This document shows positions 49,301 through 62,800 of a stretch of 64,000 nt of DNA, piece by piece (positions within the stretch are counted from its first letter, which is position 1; each line of letters opens with the position of its first letter). The position numbers and the translations under genes are program-made. Origin of the DNA: Laetmonice hystrix (lineage: Eukaryota); contig OZ249436.1 of NCBI GenBank assembly GCA_965235115.1, positions 11,968,001 through 12,032,000 on the forward strand, given 5' to 3'. Below the pieces are notes generated by a model, which was not told the origin of the DNA, ran no database searches, and saw only the letters and a list, made by a program, of their open reading frames with translations.

Positions 49301-52300
49301 AACCTTCCGAGGAAGAGTCTATTGTGCTATATCGGACAGTTTCTGATGTTTGGTAGCAGTTTACACATATAGGCGGGTGGTGCTACCAACAAATGGAGAG
49401 TCGGGAGGCGGGGTGCGATGGTGTTTGGGGTGGTTTCACGGGCCATTCCGTTAGTCGGACACTGTCTGCACACGTCCAAAATGTTGTTACGTAGAAATAA
49501 GGCTGGTTTTAGTTTTCATTACGGAAGGGCATAAAACCCGGTTTTATTAATTATTCCTGCACACTATAGCGTATGATGATACATCTATAACTATCTATAA
49601 CTATACGCGTGTTAAAACGCTGTTTTACCAATAGAAGAATATCTATGCCGTTATTTATGATCATGATCTGATGGTAATAGGCATGCTAATATTTTGCTGG
49701 AATAAAGACGTCCAACTAGGCATAAGCACTTGGATTTACAAATTCTAAATTCAAAAATATTCTGGGGGAGGATCTCCTGGGAGGACCCCCAGATCTTCTC
49801 CGGCTCGAGGGCGCCCCCCCCCCTTTCCTCCAGTGCTGGATCCGTGCATAATTGTGGTATGTCAGTAAATAAGGGCGGAATTTAATAACGGTAACTGGAA
49901 TGCGGTGGTGTAATTTGTGGTGTAAACACCCCTCCTACTTCCCTATTCCTCCGTGGTATCCAGCACAATTGTCTTCCGTATGAGGGACCCGCAGGTCTAA
50001 TCAGTGGTTTCCATGGACCCAAGGTGTGGTTGGCTGGTGAAAAGTTTGTGGTTATTGGTAACATGCTGGACAGAGCACGTGGCACCGGGCTAGTAAGGGC
50101 TGGGGCTGGCTGTCTGGGTCAGGTCCATACATCTCCTGTGTCAGCTTGCCCCACAAACACATACACGTGACTCGGCTATTGTCAGCCACAAACTGGTGAT
50201 AGGACATGTACACAGACATCCAGATTGTCTCCTAATAATCTCTACATAACCATCAGCTGTTGCAAATACTAATGTGCAATCCTCCTTTGTAGCCAGCTCT
50301 TTCCTTATGCCGCTAGAAAAGGATAATTAAGCACCTTTTGTAGGGAATTTTGTAGGATGATAGTCAGTTATAGAACTCAGATAGTTAGTGGATATTGTTG
50401 TCATATGCTGTCCATGCATGCTTTGGGTGGGTTAATATGGAATCGCTCTGAATAATGGAGATCTACAGGAACAATTTGGAGATCGGGGTACTAGCCAAAA
50501 TGATAGCCAAAATAAAATGTGTTTCTTTTCTTTTTCTTGTCGGAAAATGCGGGGAGGGGTATGGTCAGTGCCATACTTGTTCTTTCAAACATGACTAAGA
50601 CTGCGTGTAATTAGGTTAGCACGCTGTATGAGGAATGCCCTATATACCGTGAAGTACCTAGGCTGCATCAAATATTCTACACCCAAACAAATTATACACA
50701 GATTTCATGACAGCACTTGTAGGCTGCGCCAAGATTACATCTGTTTACATTGCTATGCGGTCCCTATTTGCACTTGTGGGGGAGATAGGAGGAAATGGTT
50801 AGTATCTGGGTTAAAAGCCAAACGCAATGTGTTTGACAGGGCAGTCTTGATAGTGTCCCATGTTTGCGGCGTGAATTATGTATGTGTTTGTGGGGGATGT
50901 CATTCTGGCTGGACTAAGTTCCTGCTGACCGGTCTGATCCTTACCACAACGTCCAATGGGCAAAGTGTTGGCATACCATGTGACCCGCCAGAGGTCGGAG
51001 GTCATGCCGTACTGTGTGAGGGAATGGTCATTGGCTGGTAGACCCTGTTGGCCAGGTGCCAGGTATGTTAAGTGGTTGGCAGGGCTATCATGATAGCAGG
51101 TGAATTCATGGATCGTACAGAACGGTTCACGGAAACAGTTCTCTGGACAAGTGAAAAATCAACTTCGATTGACGCAGGGTCAAAGAATGCTAGTAATGCA
51201 AATATGGATATCGCAATGGAGAGCTACAATTGCCCCTACTCTGGCAAGGCAAGCCGGCATCTAAGCACGCCATAATTTGTAACGGTGTTTTAGAACTAAA
51301 AGAAAGGTTGAAAATGGGAAATGCCTTGGGTATCTCCTCTAAATAATGGTACTCTATACTGTGTGTCCATGCAGCAGCAATATTGTGGATTTGTAGTGAA
51401 CGAACAAAATCCAGAGGGCAAAAACCTGGCCTTGCATGACTGGGATTTCTGTAATGGTAAATATCGAGATTGTTGAAGGCTGATCACAGAGGTTGAAAAG
51501 AACAGCTATATATAGAGCAATGTGCAAACAAAATACAGAAGCTTTTGAGGCGTATCCGATCCTAAATGTGTGAGTGTCCGTGTACAGCATATATCACACA
51601 GCCTTCAATAAATGCTGGTATTGGAGCCGAGGTTTGGGTTCTCAATGTGAATGGAGGGAACGATTGATTTACCATCTAACATATAACCTATCTGGTTGAT
51701 CATAATGTTGTATTAGACATTAGTTGTGTGATAAGAGTGATCTGAAGTCATGCCTCTGACACTAAAAGTGTATACTGTGCCGGCATTGCGAGTATAGGTA
51801 TTCACTTAATCTAGGTTGTTTAGACGGTGCTTGAGTCGCAGGTATGTCTGACAGTACATCAAGGGGGGAAACTCTTACATCACCTTTGTAAATCACCTTA
51901 AACTTTTATAACTCAATTTTCGTATATATCTTTGGAATCGTATTGAGGTTAATAAGCACACTAATGCACCACGGGGGGACGGGCGACCGGGGATGGGAAG
52001 AGGTGGCCATGGGTCAGCGTGCAGATTAAAATACATCACGATAACTCCATACGGGACAGCGACCGTCTTTGCTATCCCATAATATCAGCAGGTGGCCCTG
52101 TATCCAATGAGCGTGACAAGTGGGCCCAAACCAGTTGTCACCTCCACTGCCCCCCCCCCCCCCCGCCAATAATGTCTGTTGTTATAATGAGTGCCGTATG
52201 AGCCGGTGGATGCGAGAGATTGAACACCGGAAAAGACCTGAAGGAAATGGGGCGATAAGGACACCCCCATCTACCTGTAACATACCACCGGCATTATTCA

Positions 52301-52678
52301 TACCTGTAGAACACTGAAACCCTTAATAAGGCACGTTTACCATTGGCCTTAGTCGTGTGTGATTGTGGCGAAGATATCACTACGGTAAATAGTTACTATG
52401 TTCTTAGTCAGGTGTTTTTACTGGTGTTTTCACAGGTGTGAGGAACCAAATTGTACATCGGTCTCAGATGAAAGCATCGTGGTTCTACGTTTACTATTAA
52501 AATCTAATTACTGAGAAAAAGTCCACTTTATTTCCACCTGAATTACTAGCTGCATGTAGGTGTCCTTCTGTGAACCGCGAGATATTCAGTGCAGGACTCG
52601 AACACAACATGATATGCGTACATCATAGTCTATACAGTACAGGTTCCAGTAGAGGCCTCAGGAAATGGGACTGTGCGC

Positions 52679-52897
52679 AATACATGGTGATGGAAGAGAG
52701 TTTATCTTTCTGTGAATACATGGTGATGGAAGGGAGTTTATCTTTCTGTGAATACATGGTGATGGAAGAGAGTTTATCTTTCTGTGAATACATGGTGATG
52801 GGAGGGAGTTTATCTTTCTGTGAATACATAGTGATGGAAGAGAGTTTATCTTTCTGTGAATACATGGTGATGGAAGGGAGTTTATCTTTCTGTGAAT
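52679..52897. repeat. 36-bp tandem repeat, about 6 copies
   Basis: Unit aatacatggtgatggaagagagtttatctttctgtg. Confidence 0.95.
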
Positions 52898-55800
52898 TTC
52901 ATTCAGGAAATCAGTGTTGTTTCTGGGTTATAGTGCAGACTCCAATCACATTTTAAGGAGCAGCATCTCTTGAAAGACATTTCATTGCTGATTAAAGATT
53001 TATTAATTTTATTTTCCAATTTCTTCCAAAGGGAGTGACTGATTAACGTGTTGTTAAGCTACTGTCAGATACATGAGGTGTTCTTAATTGTCTAAAAACC
53101 TACACTATCAGTTTTATCGCTTTTAAATACGTATACGTACAATGAATGGCTTTAATATAACTACATTAAATTAAACTTACTTTTGTTAACCAGTTTTGCT
53201 ATAGCGACTCTGAAAACTTGAATGAGGGCTGCCTCGTACGTGTTAGGTATTGTTTAAGTCACGACTAACGCCTACATATTCTCATAGAATACGACTAGAA
53301 GTTCGACCCCATATATTTCCCAAGGTTAAGTCAACCAAGTTTTTGACACAGCCAACACAGATACCTTTGTCATTTACCTCAAGTGAACATATTCAATCGG
53401 ATAAGCCAAACCCAACTGAACCAATGGATGTGTCTGACAATTTGACGATTTCTACCATATCATATGCCTGTGTGGGTGTACACCGTCACGGTCGGGTATA
53501 GCCGGAGTTGATCGGCCGGCCGAGATGGCGGAGTGAGGTATATTGGGTGGGAGGCGCGGGGGGCACGGGGGCGCCCCCCCCCCTCCCCTGAATCATTACA
53601 AAAGCGATTGCTGGCGGTCGTCCAACCTGTTCGGGGGTGACCGTCAAGGGGGTGTAGGCCACCCGCCCAACCAGTGGCCCAGTACATGTACATTGTACAT
53701 GTACACCCGTACTCGATATATCTGGGTCTCCTTCAGGCGCACCCTCCACCCAGCAGACAGGAAAATCTGCCTGGTTGTGTGCGAACCTTGGAGCCTCCAC
53801 CTCATGAAGCATGACGCTGTGTTCGTCTGTTATTGCCCGTCCTCGAAACATCAATGGCATGAACGGACGTATGGTGTTGTATGGACCCCTGTTGCCGGCC
53901 ACCGGGGACGAGAGGCGCTGGGGGCTAAAGGCCGCGGCATACTGCCAGCCAATTGCCAAGTCACTTCATGACTACAGTAGTCATAAAATATCCCGATGAT
54001 ATGGAGGTCACAAGGAAATGGAAATCCGTGGTGATATTTCGACCTCGTGAATCTGTTGACCGTAGGTGGTCCTTTAGGACATGATCGCAGGTGAAAGTGG
54101 GGCAGAAGTAAAGTCACCCCGGGATGGGCTTCCCCGCTCTAGTGGAGCCTAGAGCCTCGCCATCCTTCACCGGCCTCAAAAGGAATGTCACATACGGTCT
54201 TGCAAAATATAGAAAATAAGAGCACATACGTGTAGAAGGATTGGCATAGACTGAATAAATGCTGCAAGTGCCAGCTCTCTTAGTTAGGCATAAAAAAGGA
54301 AGTACTTACTCAGTAAGCCAGCAATTATAGTTAGTTTATTATTCTCGACAATACGTTCTACTGATGCGTTTGTAGTACGGTGTGAAAATACAAAAACCTC
54401 ATCGTCATTTTGCTTTTTTTTAATAAAGCGAAGAACTGGGCAAGTTTGGCCCATCAGCTGACTGGTTCTTGTCCTTACTAAAGCAAACGGTTCATAGCAT
54501 CGCTGTTAATGCTTTTATGTCACAGCAACTCGTTACAGATAAGTCGTCACCTGTTTTGTCGTTAGTTTCTTTTGAAGGAGAACTTTTATGTTCCACATAT
54601 TCAGTATATTTGTAATCTGGGTGAAATGCATCCAGTCACTTCGTATCCCCCCAAAGAGACATGTTCATTTTTTTTCATTAACTTCAGTTGTCTCTGCTCC
54701 CACATTATGCTCTGGATAGCACCAATTTTTATATTTATAGGGCACATAAGGCACACAGTTTCATAGATGTTCAATACATGGTAAGCTCTTTCACCCAGCT
54801 GTTGTTTTAGAAATTAAATAAATTAGTATTAGAAATGCTAATATAAATGTAGTCGAGTTTTAGGATGTTTCCTACCAAAAATGACAGCACACTTTGAGAT
54901 CGAGAAGCTGGTAAATACAAATTGCTGTGACTGAAGACGTGTAGACTACTGTTAATGGCCAGCACATTAAGGCGCACCTTACAGTGGTGTACCGTTTCAA
55001 AGGTGACGCTGACTAAAGGTCACAATGGGGGAAACCCAGAGAACACAAGTAAAGTCACCATAATGCCTGAGGTCCAGTGACCTGTAACCTCTCACAAATT
55101 TGAAGAAAGTTATTACTTTGGACAGAAGTGATTAACCTAAATGCTGTTTTGTGAAAGGAGAAATGAGGTTGATGTTTATTCCGCTTCAACATTGAACTGA
55201 TTGAACTCTAGAATGCAACAGTAGATTACAGCTAAAGTTTTAGAACCTGTTGCATTTCTATGGATACTTTCTTCGAAGTTGAAACATGACGTGAATTTAT
55301 ACAAGACACTCATGCTCGTGAGACGAGAATATGTAAGTTGTCTTCAGTGTTATTAAATACGGGCACTCGTTATTATATGCTTCAATGTTTAAAATCTATG
55401 GGGCTGGTAGCTCAGCAACGCAGATGTTTGAGTAGAAACGAAAGTTTTAATTTACGCCGTCTTCAGCATGTTGAGTAAAATTTACATAAGTAGTGTACCC
55501 ACTTGACTTTTTGAACAACTTATATACCAGTTTATTATTTTAGAAAGTTAAAAGCTAAGGTACATTAAAAGCGTATGATGTATCCGTTGATAGACGTCTC
55601 TGAAATAAGTTAATAACGTTGCTAATAGTGTATAATTACATTAGATCTGTTGGGTTTATTCTTTTCAAGTATTTCATTTACCACACTGTTTTCCAAAAAA
55701 GGTTGACACAGTTGCTTCAATATGGACTAAAGTTACATCATTGTAGTTCAGTAGACTAATGATATGAAACAGCCCAAGAGTCCAGTACGTTGATGTGTAC

Positions 55801-57348
55801 ATCTGCAACGCCTCCCGCTGGATGGGAATGACGAGTAGAATTGCACTGATTTACTTTATACCGTACATGTATACAATATGGAAGGCAACTTAGTCATTGG
55901 CAATGGCTAAGGTAATGGCTTAAATTCTGGTGACCGTAGGGTAACCAGAAGGCGGACGGGTAAACTGATTTTACATTCTCATATATCGTAGAGTTCTAGA
56001 CTCTATAGATAAATGAACCTTGGATTGGCCTGATACTGGCCTAGAAAAAACTAGCTTTCCTTCCAGTTATCAGTAGTCATAATCGTTTGTTGTACAAAGG
56101 ATTTCACCAGCAAGTATATTGCTACTATGTGTATTACTAGTATGTCAGTAAGAATATTTTCCGGAAGGAATGTTTGTACATATCCTTGTGATAAGATGAT
56201 GGAAACATACCAGCCTATTAAACATTTGACAAACGAAAAGTTAATGTTTAAATAAAGGAACTAAGAGTCATGTTAGTATCTTTCTTATTATAGCGCACTA
56301 GGGCAACTAGGGGTATATCATTTATCCTTTTAGGTCAGATCATTCAAAACTCAGTTTTAGCTCTGTAAATTATTGTTACTTTTTTAAACCCACGACGCCA
56401 CAAAACATTGAAGAAATCCAAAGTCTGGTTGCAGTGTGAGCGTGCTAGACTGCACCACCGACATAGACATAGGGTTATGAGATGTTATTGCACTGCAAAG
56501 CCAAGAATCGTGTCTTTGCCAAAGCTGCGTTGTCTTTAACTCACGGAGATGTTTCCAGTAGAAAATGGTAGTTCACTGTATAAGTGGTACCGGTGTTTAT
56601 AAATGGATCACACAGGTAAGAGTGTATGTCAGGTAATATCGGTATTTGCCAGATCAATACTCAACACTATGTACACTGTACAGGTCGTAACCACTGGAGA
56701 AGACATCACAATTCCTCTCGCAGTATATCATCACATATGGCATTCATTTCACGCCTTCAAATGTCAGTGGAGTTGTCAGTGTCCTGCCCAGGATTAATGC
56801 AGCTGTCAGAAAATGAATGCCACAAATTGCACTGGTTGAAACCAGAACTTCTAGTACACGTTGGCATGCCGTACTGTAGAACGAAAAAAACTCAAGCAAG
56901 ATTGTGGTGCAGATTATGTTCTTTGGCTGCCTTGTGTTCCGCCAACCTCCCACATCGAATGGTTTCTATATACAGGTTCCTGACAAATGACCATGGCCTG
57001 CATGGTAACACGAACAGGTGAAACAGCATTCCATATGTGCATAGTTAATCCTCAATCCCACTCAATGCTAGTCCCCAATACTTACGTTCTGTTGCTGAAT
57101 TCTACAGCAACTGAATGGGAGCATTTCCAATAAATGCGAGCATACAAAAGGATGTAGGCATTTTGCTTATGATATGAATTTTGTTCAAGCCATTCGTCCC
57201 AGTGGGGCACATTACTATATTAATGTGATAACATTCTGTGTAATATCAGTGATAATATAGGAAGCACCTGACCTGCAGGGTAACCTTTTATCGTAAAACC
57301 TATAAAAACGGTGGCTATAAAATGAGATTCCAAAAAGCCTATTATTTG

Positions 57349-59811
57349 TTAATACATTGGAAATCCAGTGTCATTGTTGGGAGAAAAACTGTGACGATAG
57401 TCATTGTCCTCATATGCTGTCTTCATATAGTTATACCCAGGAGACCGTAGTTCATCGTTTGTATCGCGGGCAGTGTCCGGGTTTGAGCTTTCTTCCTCGC
57501 TGGAAGAAGCGTCATCGTCTGAGGTATCAGACTCTTTGTCACTTTTCGATAGGTCATTCTCGGGTGTGACCTCAGAGGTTGCGGAGCCCTCCTCGGGTTC
57601 GTCCATGGAGGTTTCATGGACTTCTCGACCTTCATCTATTTTGTTGGTGTCGTTGATTGTGTCCATGGCAACACTAGCAGCATAAACATCATGATAGGGA
57701 TTCTTCTCTTCGTCACCGGAACCTGAGCTGGTGGAAGACTTCCCTTGCTTCTTGTATTTTTCCTTCTTGCCGTCAGGTTTAGGTTCCACAGAATTCGATC
57801 TGACAGCAGGTACCCGGTCCACGTAATGAGTACCTGTATCCGACACGCGGTGTTCATACGCGTGTACCAAGTCTCCATTCCTCTTGACGTCGTTACCGTC
57901 TGAGTAGCCGACGACGCGAGCGTTCACGTCGGCGTGTTTGTTGTTAGGGTACGGGTCGTCATGATCGGCACGGTGTGCCGGGTTGTCGTAACCGGAAGTA
58001 CGCATGACCTCTGCTCGTTTGCTCCTGTTCCTCCGCTCCAGACTTCCCATCTCGGGATCGATGTACATGTTGGGTTCTCGCGAGCTGGAGAAATACGTCA
58101 GCCAACTTTTGTCTTCCTTGTCAGGCGTGGGTGGAACGCCTCCTGGAGGTTGTTGGACTGGGGGCGGCTTCCAGAAGGCGCACCGTCGACGGCGGCAGTA
58201 GCATATCAGAATGACGAGTAGAATGATGAAAACAACTATGCATATAGCTGCAATGATGCCCGCTTTCTGTACATCGCTCAGTTTTATTCCTGTGCTTCCT
58301 TCCTCGTCAGGTTCAAGGCTTACCGGCTCCCCTGTCGGTTTAACTGCTGCTGGTGACGGTTCACCTTTTCCACCAATGGGCTTTCTGACAGACCCGGTCG
58401 TGTCCTCCGGATCAATGACGGGTGGGGAAGGTGAGGGTAGGCGGCAGTTGTAATAGTACTCCCGTGCGTACTGCAGCAGAGACATGTCTATATTGGAACA
58501 TTTTGTCTTCAGTTCATTACCAAAGTTTCTACCTTGGCTCCAATTGTGCATCCAGGTCATTTGGCACGTGCAATGCCAGGGATTTTCTGAAAGATCTAAA
58601 AATCCGAGCATTTTAAGCGGGTCAAACACACCAAGTGGAATTGTTCGTAAGGCATTCTGTTGAAGGGTTAGAATGTTCAGCTTCTCAAGGCCACTAAAAG
58701 TGTTGACGTGGATGGATGCAATCTTACTGTTGTGAAGATGTAGGGAGGCTAGGTCTGTCAGATCACGGAAAATGCCGTCTCCCAGTGCTGTGATATTGCT
58801 GTTGTACATGTCGAGATACACTAATTTGCGTAAGCCCTTAAACGTCCTTGGGGTGAACTCAGTAAGGTCATTGTTAAAAACCTCCAGGAACTGCAAGTTT
58901 GAAAGGTCAGTAAATGCATCATCCTCAATGGCTGAAATCTTGTTGAAACTCAGATCAAGCGAATCAAGCCCAGTCATTGATTTAAACATTGTCTTGTCAA
59001 TTGTTTCGATAGCATTCTGCTGAAGTTTCAGTGTCTGGAGGGACGAGAGGCTTTGGAGGCTGTTTGGAGCAATTGTTTTGATGTCATTGTTTTCTAGATT
59101 TAGGATTATTAGATTGGGGAGGTTCCCAAATGTCTCAGGGTTTAAGGCACTGAGCTTGTTGCCTGAAACGTCAAGAGTCTCAAGGCGGAGGAGGCCGAAG
59201 AAAGAGCCGTCGGCGATGGAAGTCAGACTGTTCCGTGAAAGTTTTAAACTGACAAGTGATGTTGTGTTTGTGAAGGCTGATGTAGGCAAGGAGGTGATGT
59301 CGTTTTGCACAAACTCGAGTGTCTGAAGGTTAGGCAAGTGATGGAAGGTTGCCGGGTCGATTTGGTTGATGCCGTTTTCCTGGACTGAGAGCTTGCTGAG
59401 CCGGGCGAGCCCGCTGAACACCCCGGCCTGCAGGGTCTTGGAGCGCAGAGGTCGCAGGTTGTCCGAGTCGGTGAGGATGAGCGAGGCGAGGCTGTCGAGG
59501 TGCGTGAACGTACCCGGCTGGATGGCGTTGATGTGCTGGAGGTCGACTGTAAGCAGGCGCAGGGCGGGCAGGGCTGGGAAGGCACCCGGCCCCAGGGACA
59601 CGCGGTGGTTGCTGCGGAAAGCGACGTGCAGGGCGCTTACGTTGTTCGGTAGGGCCATGATATCCGACTGGACCGACACGATGCACTTTGTGCCATCCTG
59701 CAGGGTTTCACATTTAGGGGCCGCTGACACGGCCGACAGACTCACCTGAAGACAGAGCAGCACGGCGGCCACCCAGGCAAGGTGATGGGGATAGCGTAAT
59801 CCAAACTCCAT
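57349..59811 (-). CDS. Single-exon type I transmembrane leucine-rich-repeat protein (820 aa): signal peptide, about 15 LRRs, LRRCT, Pro-rich stalk, TM helix, long acidic/Ser-rich cytoplasmic tail, no TIR
   Basis: 831-codon ORF; first ATG at 59811 (MEFGLRYPHHLAWVAAVLLCLQVSLSAVSA, signal-like); LxxLxLxxNxI repeats; NPWHCTC LRRCT; TM AGIIAAICIVVFIILLVILICYC followed by RRRR. Confidence 0.93.
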   Translation of the reverse strand: MEFGLRYPHHLAWVAAVLLCLQVSLSAVSAAPKCETLQDGTKCIVSVQSDIMALPNNVSALHVAFRSNHRVSLGPGAFPALPALRLLTVDLQHINAIQPGTFTHLDSLASLILTDSDNLRPLRSKTLQAGVFSGLARLSKLSVQENGINQIDPATFHHLPNLQTLEFVQNDITSLPTSAFTNTTSLVSLKLSRNSLTSIADGSFFGLLRLETLDVSGNKLSALNPETFGNLPNLIILNLENNDIKTIAPNSLQSLSSLQTLKLQQNAIETIDKTMFKSMTGLDSLDLSFNKISAIEDDAFTDLSNLQFLEVFNNDLTEFTPRTFKGLRKLVYLDMYNSNITALGDGIFRDLTDLASLHLHNSKIASIHVNTFSGLEKLNILTLQQNALRTIPLGVFDPLKMLGFLDLSENPWHCTCQMTWMHNWSQGRNFGNELKTKCSNIDMSLLQYAREYYYNCRLPSPSPPVIDPEDTTGSVRKPIGGKGEPSPAAVKPTGEPVSLEPDEEGSTGIKLSDVQKAGIIAAICIVVFIILLVILICYCRRRRCAFWKPPPVQQPPGGVPPTPDKEDKSWLTYFSSSREPNMYIDPEMGSLERRNRSKRAEVMRTSGYDNPAHRADHDDPYPNNKHADVNARVVGYSDGNDVKRNGDLVHAYEHRVSDTGTHYVDRVPAVRSNSVEPKPDGKKEKYKKQGKSSTSSGSGDEEKNPYHDVYAASVAMDTINDTNKIDEGREVHETSMDEPEEGSATSEVTPENDLSKSDKESDTSDDDASSSEEESSNPDTARDTNDELRSPGYNYMKTAYEDNDYRHSFSPNNDTGFPMY

Positions 59812-62800
59812 GACGCACCGAAAAGTTCCAACACAGACACACACAAATCCACTTCAACCAAAAAGGGTGAAGCTGATAGAGAGTAGAATGTATATTCACT
59901 CTCAAGTGGAGTTTCACTTCTGAATTCTATCCTCCGTCTTAACTACACATAGCAAGTGTAGGGATATGAGGACATTAATGTAAAGATGTACGTCCGTACT
60001 CCGCAGTGGCACTAGAGTGAATGAGCGGCTGCCTGCCTGCCGCACAGGCCGGGGCTGGGAATATAGCTATATATGCATCTACCTGGCCGCCCACATGACC
60101 TAGATGTGGATCGGAGTGTCACACCTGGCTGCCTGCCGGTGTGATAAGTCATTAACGTGTAAGGTACACCAGTGGTCACTTCTGTGGATTCTTCCCGGGA
60201 AAACACTCACATAGAACTTCTCCTGTGATTGGAATGTAGGTGTTTACCGACGTGGGTGGTCACTTTTACCGGCTTCTCTGGTATTGTTGAGTGAGTGACA
60301 CGACTGTTTACACTGTCTTGTAGACGGTGCAGTATAGTGGTGATATATATAACTGTAGTTAGGCCATCATTGAGGTCCCCAAACGTGACCCGCCATCGTT
60401 GACTGGAGAGACAGGAACCAGCGTGTTTGGCGGACACCTGCGAAGACAGCCTCCATGTTGAGACAAGGAGGCGCTTCAAACACGTGCGACATTGCACCGA
60501 GAGTCTTGGCACGCCGGCCAGCTCCTCCCTCCAGTACGGGAGGTAGACTGAGCACCACACGGTCCTTGGCAGGTCTCCTTGTGATTGGGCTGCCAGTCTG
60601 TGTATGGCGGCACATCCATGGAGACCGGTGGCGTCAGTTGATGCTAGAGGGTAGTGAGGCGGGTTCCTGGATCAGACTGATTGGTACTCCTCCAGTAAAC
60701 GTTGCTGGAGTCGGACTGAATGTCTGATTCCAGCAACCGACCCAACCATCGCCCAACCACGGCGAAGTGGAGGCTGGAGGGGTGGCAGCAGCGGTGGGTG
60801 ACGCTGTCGTGTTGGCGAGTGATGCGATGCGTGTGATGGCGAGTGGGTCACTTTTAGTCACTCACTACTCCAGGCTCCGCTGACTCTGTCAGGGATGGCC
60901 TCTACTGGAGGAGGGCAGATAGTAGTGGGGGTCCCCTCCTACAGAGGGGGTGGGGTGGCGAGATATATCAGTCGGGTTTCACCCCAAACGGTTGGTGTGG
61001 CGAGGTTTACATGGTAACCTGTGCCAGAGTCACAACTGCTCTGGCCATGCATGCTGATCGAACTGTCAGCTGTAGGAATCACTGTGGTTGAACATTTACC
61101 AACGTTGTCACATGTGCTGTACTGCTTCACCCGTTACCGACATCTGTGAAGTATCACATTTCATCGGCCATAAATACCGGGTGCACATGCTACTACAACC
61201 ACAAAGACATACCAAGTCAACCCAGGCTAATACCAGGGTTTGTTCTCGAGTTCAGCAACTCGTAGCAGACTTAAAGGATCATCTACTTTCGATGTTATAA
61301 AGTGGGCGATGGACTCGCGTGGAATTAGGAAGAGCGGGTCGTGATGCATGTCGGATTGTGGTCCTAGGATTGTTCCAAATACCCACTGCCCCTATTGATG
61401 CTACGAGAGCAGTAGGCTAATGGGGTCGTAATGAATATAGCAGGCGCGTCCTCATCCAGCAGCGGATACTTTACTGACGAGTTTGGCCGTAATCAGTCTT
61501 GGACATTAGACAATTAATGAACCCACATCTTACTGCTGTATATAGTTAGATCTTTGTCGCAGTAAAACCTGGCCGAAGTTATATAAGTCAGAACATATCG
61601 ATGAGGGTAGGAAATGGGAAATGTCTTTCGAAGATAGAGCCCCCCCCCCTCCCCCACCCCACCCAGCCTAACTCACTGGACCGACCAAATTCAGCCCGTA
61701 TACACCTTTGCCTTTAGTATCAGTGAGTCAAAAGATGCACCTTCACTTCGGTTAATATTTGAATTTTGTGGGGGTCAAAATTGTTTTTGCTTCAATATTT
61801 GGCTGTTATAACAAATGCATAATAAACATCAAACCGCTTCAAACATTCGCTCCCGAGATTCATTGGTATAAAAATGGATGATTGGAAGCAGTAATCGTTT
61901 GTACAGTTTTAAAAACATGAAATGTTATTGGAGAATATTAAGGGTTGAATTGTAAATAATCTATGTGCAAACAATAGATCTACACCTTTTCTGCTTGTGT
62001 CAGTAATGACTAAAACAGGTGTGACTCATGGTAACCATCTGTCACAAACTTAGAGTTTATCACGCAAGTCGGAATCTTTAGGGCCTAATGAACTTGACAA
62101 CGTGTTGATGTTTGAGATCGGGGTTGAGATTTCTTGCAACTTTTTCAGGGCCAGAGATACGAGAACGAGTCGGACTTGGTGGTACCGTTGGGTGGATAGT
62201 TTGGTATTCAGTTACACACCACAGCTACCACAGATAACACTGTCAGCTGACCCATTTATCATTCGCGTGTATATTTGAACTTTTTTCGCCAGAAGACATC
62301 TGGAAGCAATTCCCCGTTCTTAAAGATGAGGCAAGAAAGGGGAATCACCCCATATAAAGAATGTCGGACTTTTCTAAATAATGACATCATTTATCATAAA
62401 TCAAAAGGCCTCATAACGTCAAGTGGCAGTTTTGTCTGTGGCTCTGTGTCAAATAATGGCCAGATGATTTCTTGTTTGGGACGGAGATCTGTTGGTAGTT
62501 CACGTTGACCGTTTTACCATATATCACCAGAAGACGCATCTCGCCTTTCCGGCTCGTGTCCACCCATGTCTGTCCAATTTATTCTTCCAAGAACGACTAC
62601 CGAGTTCGGTTATATTCATAGATTCGACCAGTCGTGACCAATTGACTCAAAGAATAAAAGTTTGTTTGATTCCTTAAAAAGGCGCCCGATTTTATTTTTA
62701 CTAAAATGTATATGCATCAATGGGTCAACAGTGTTAGTAAATGGCTAAGATAGGGTTCCCGGTGACCGGATATGTTATTTGTGGAGTTATGTCTGAGGTT

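Noticed and set aside
52570..52956. ORFs with 12-aa repeats on both strands (EYMVMEESLSFC / MYSQKDKLSSIT)
   Set aside because: By-product of a 36-bp tandem repeat lacking stops in two frames; no splice or homology support.
57349..58200. LRR protein as a Toll-like receptor
   Set aside because: The cytoplasmic tail is low-complexity and acidic with no TIR boxes.
59812..59844. ORF-track start at 59844
   Set aside because: Non-ATG start; the ATG at 59811 directly precedes the signal peptide.
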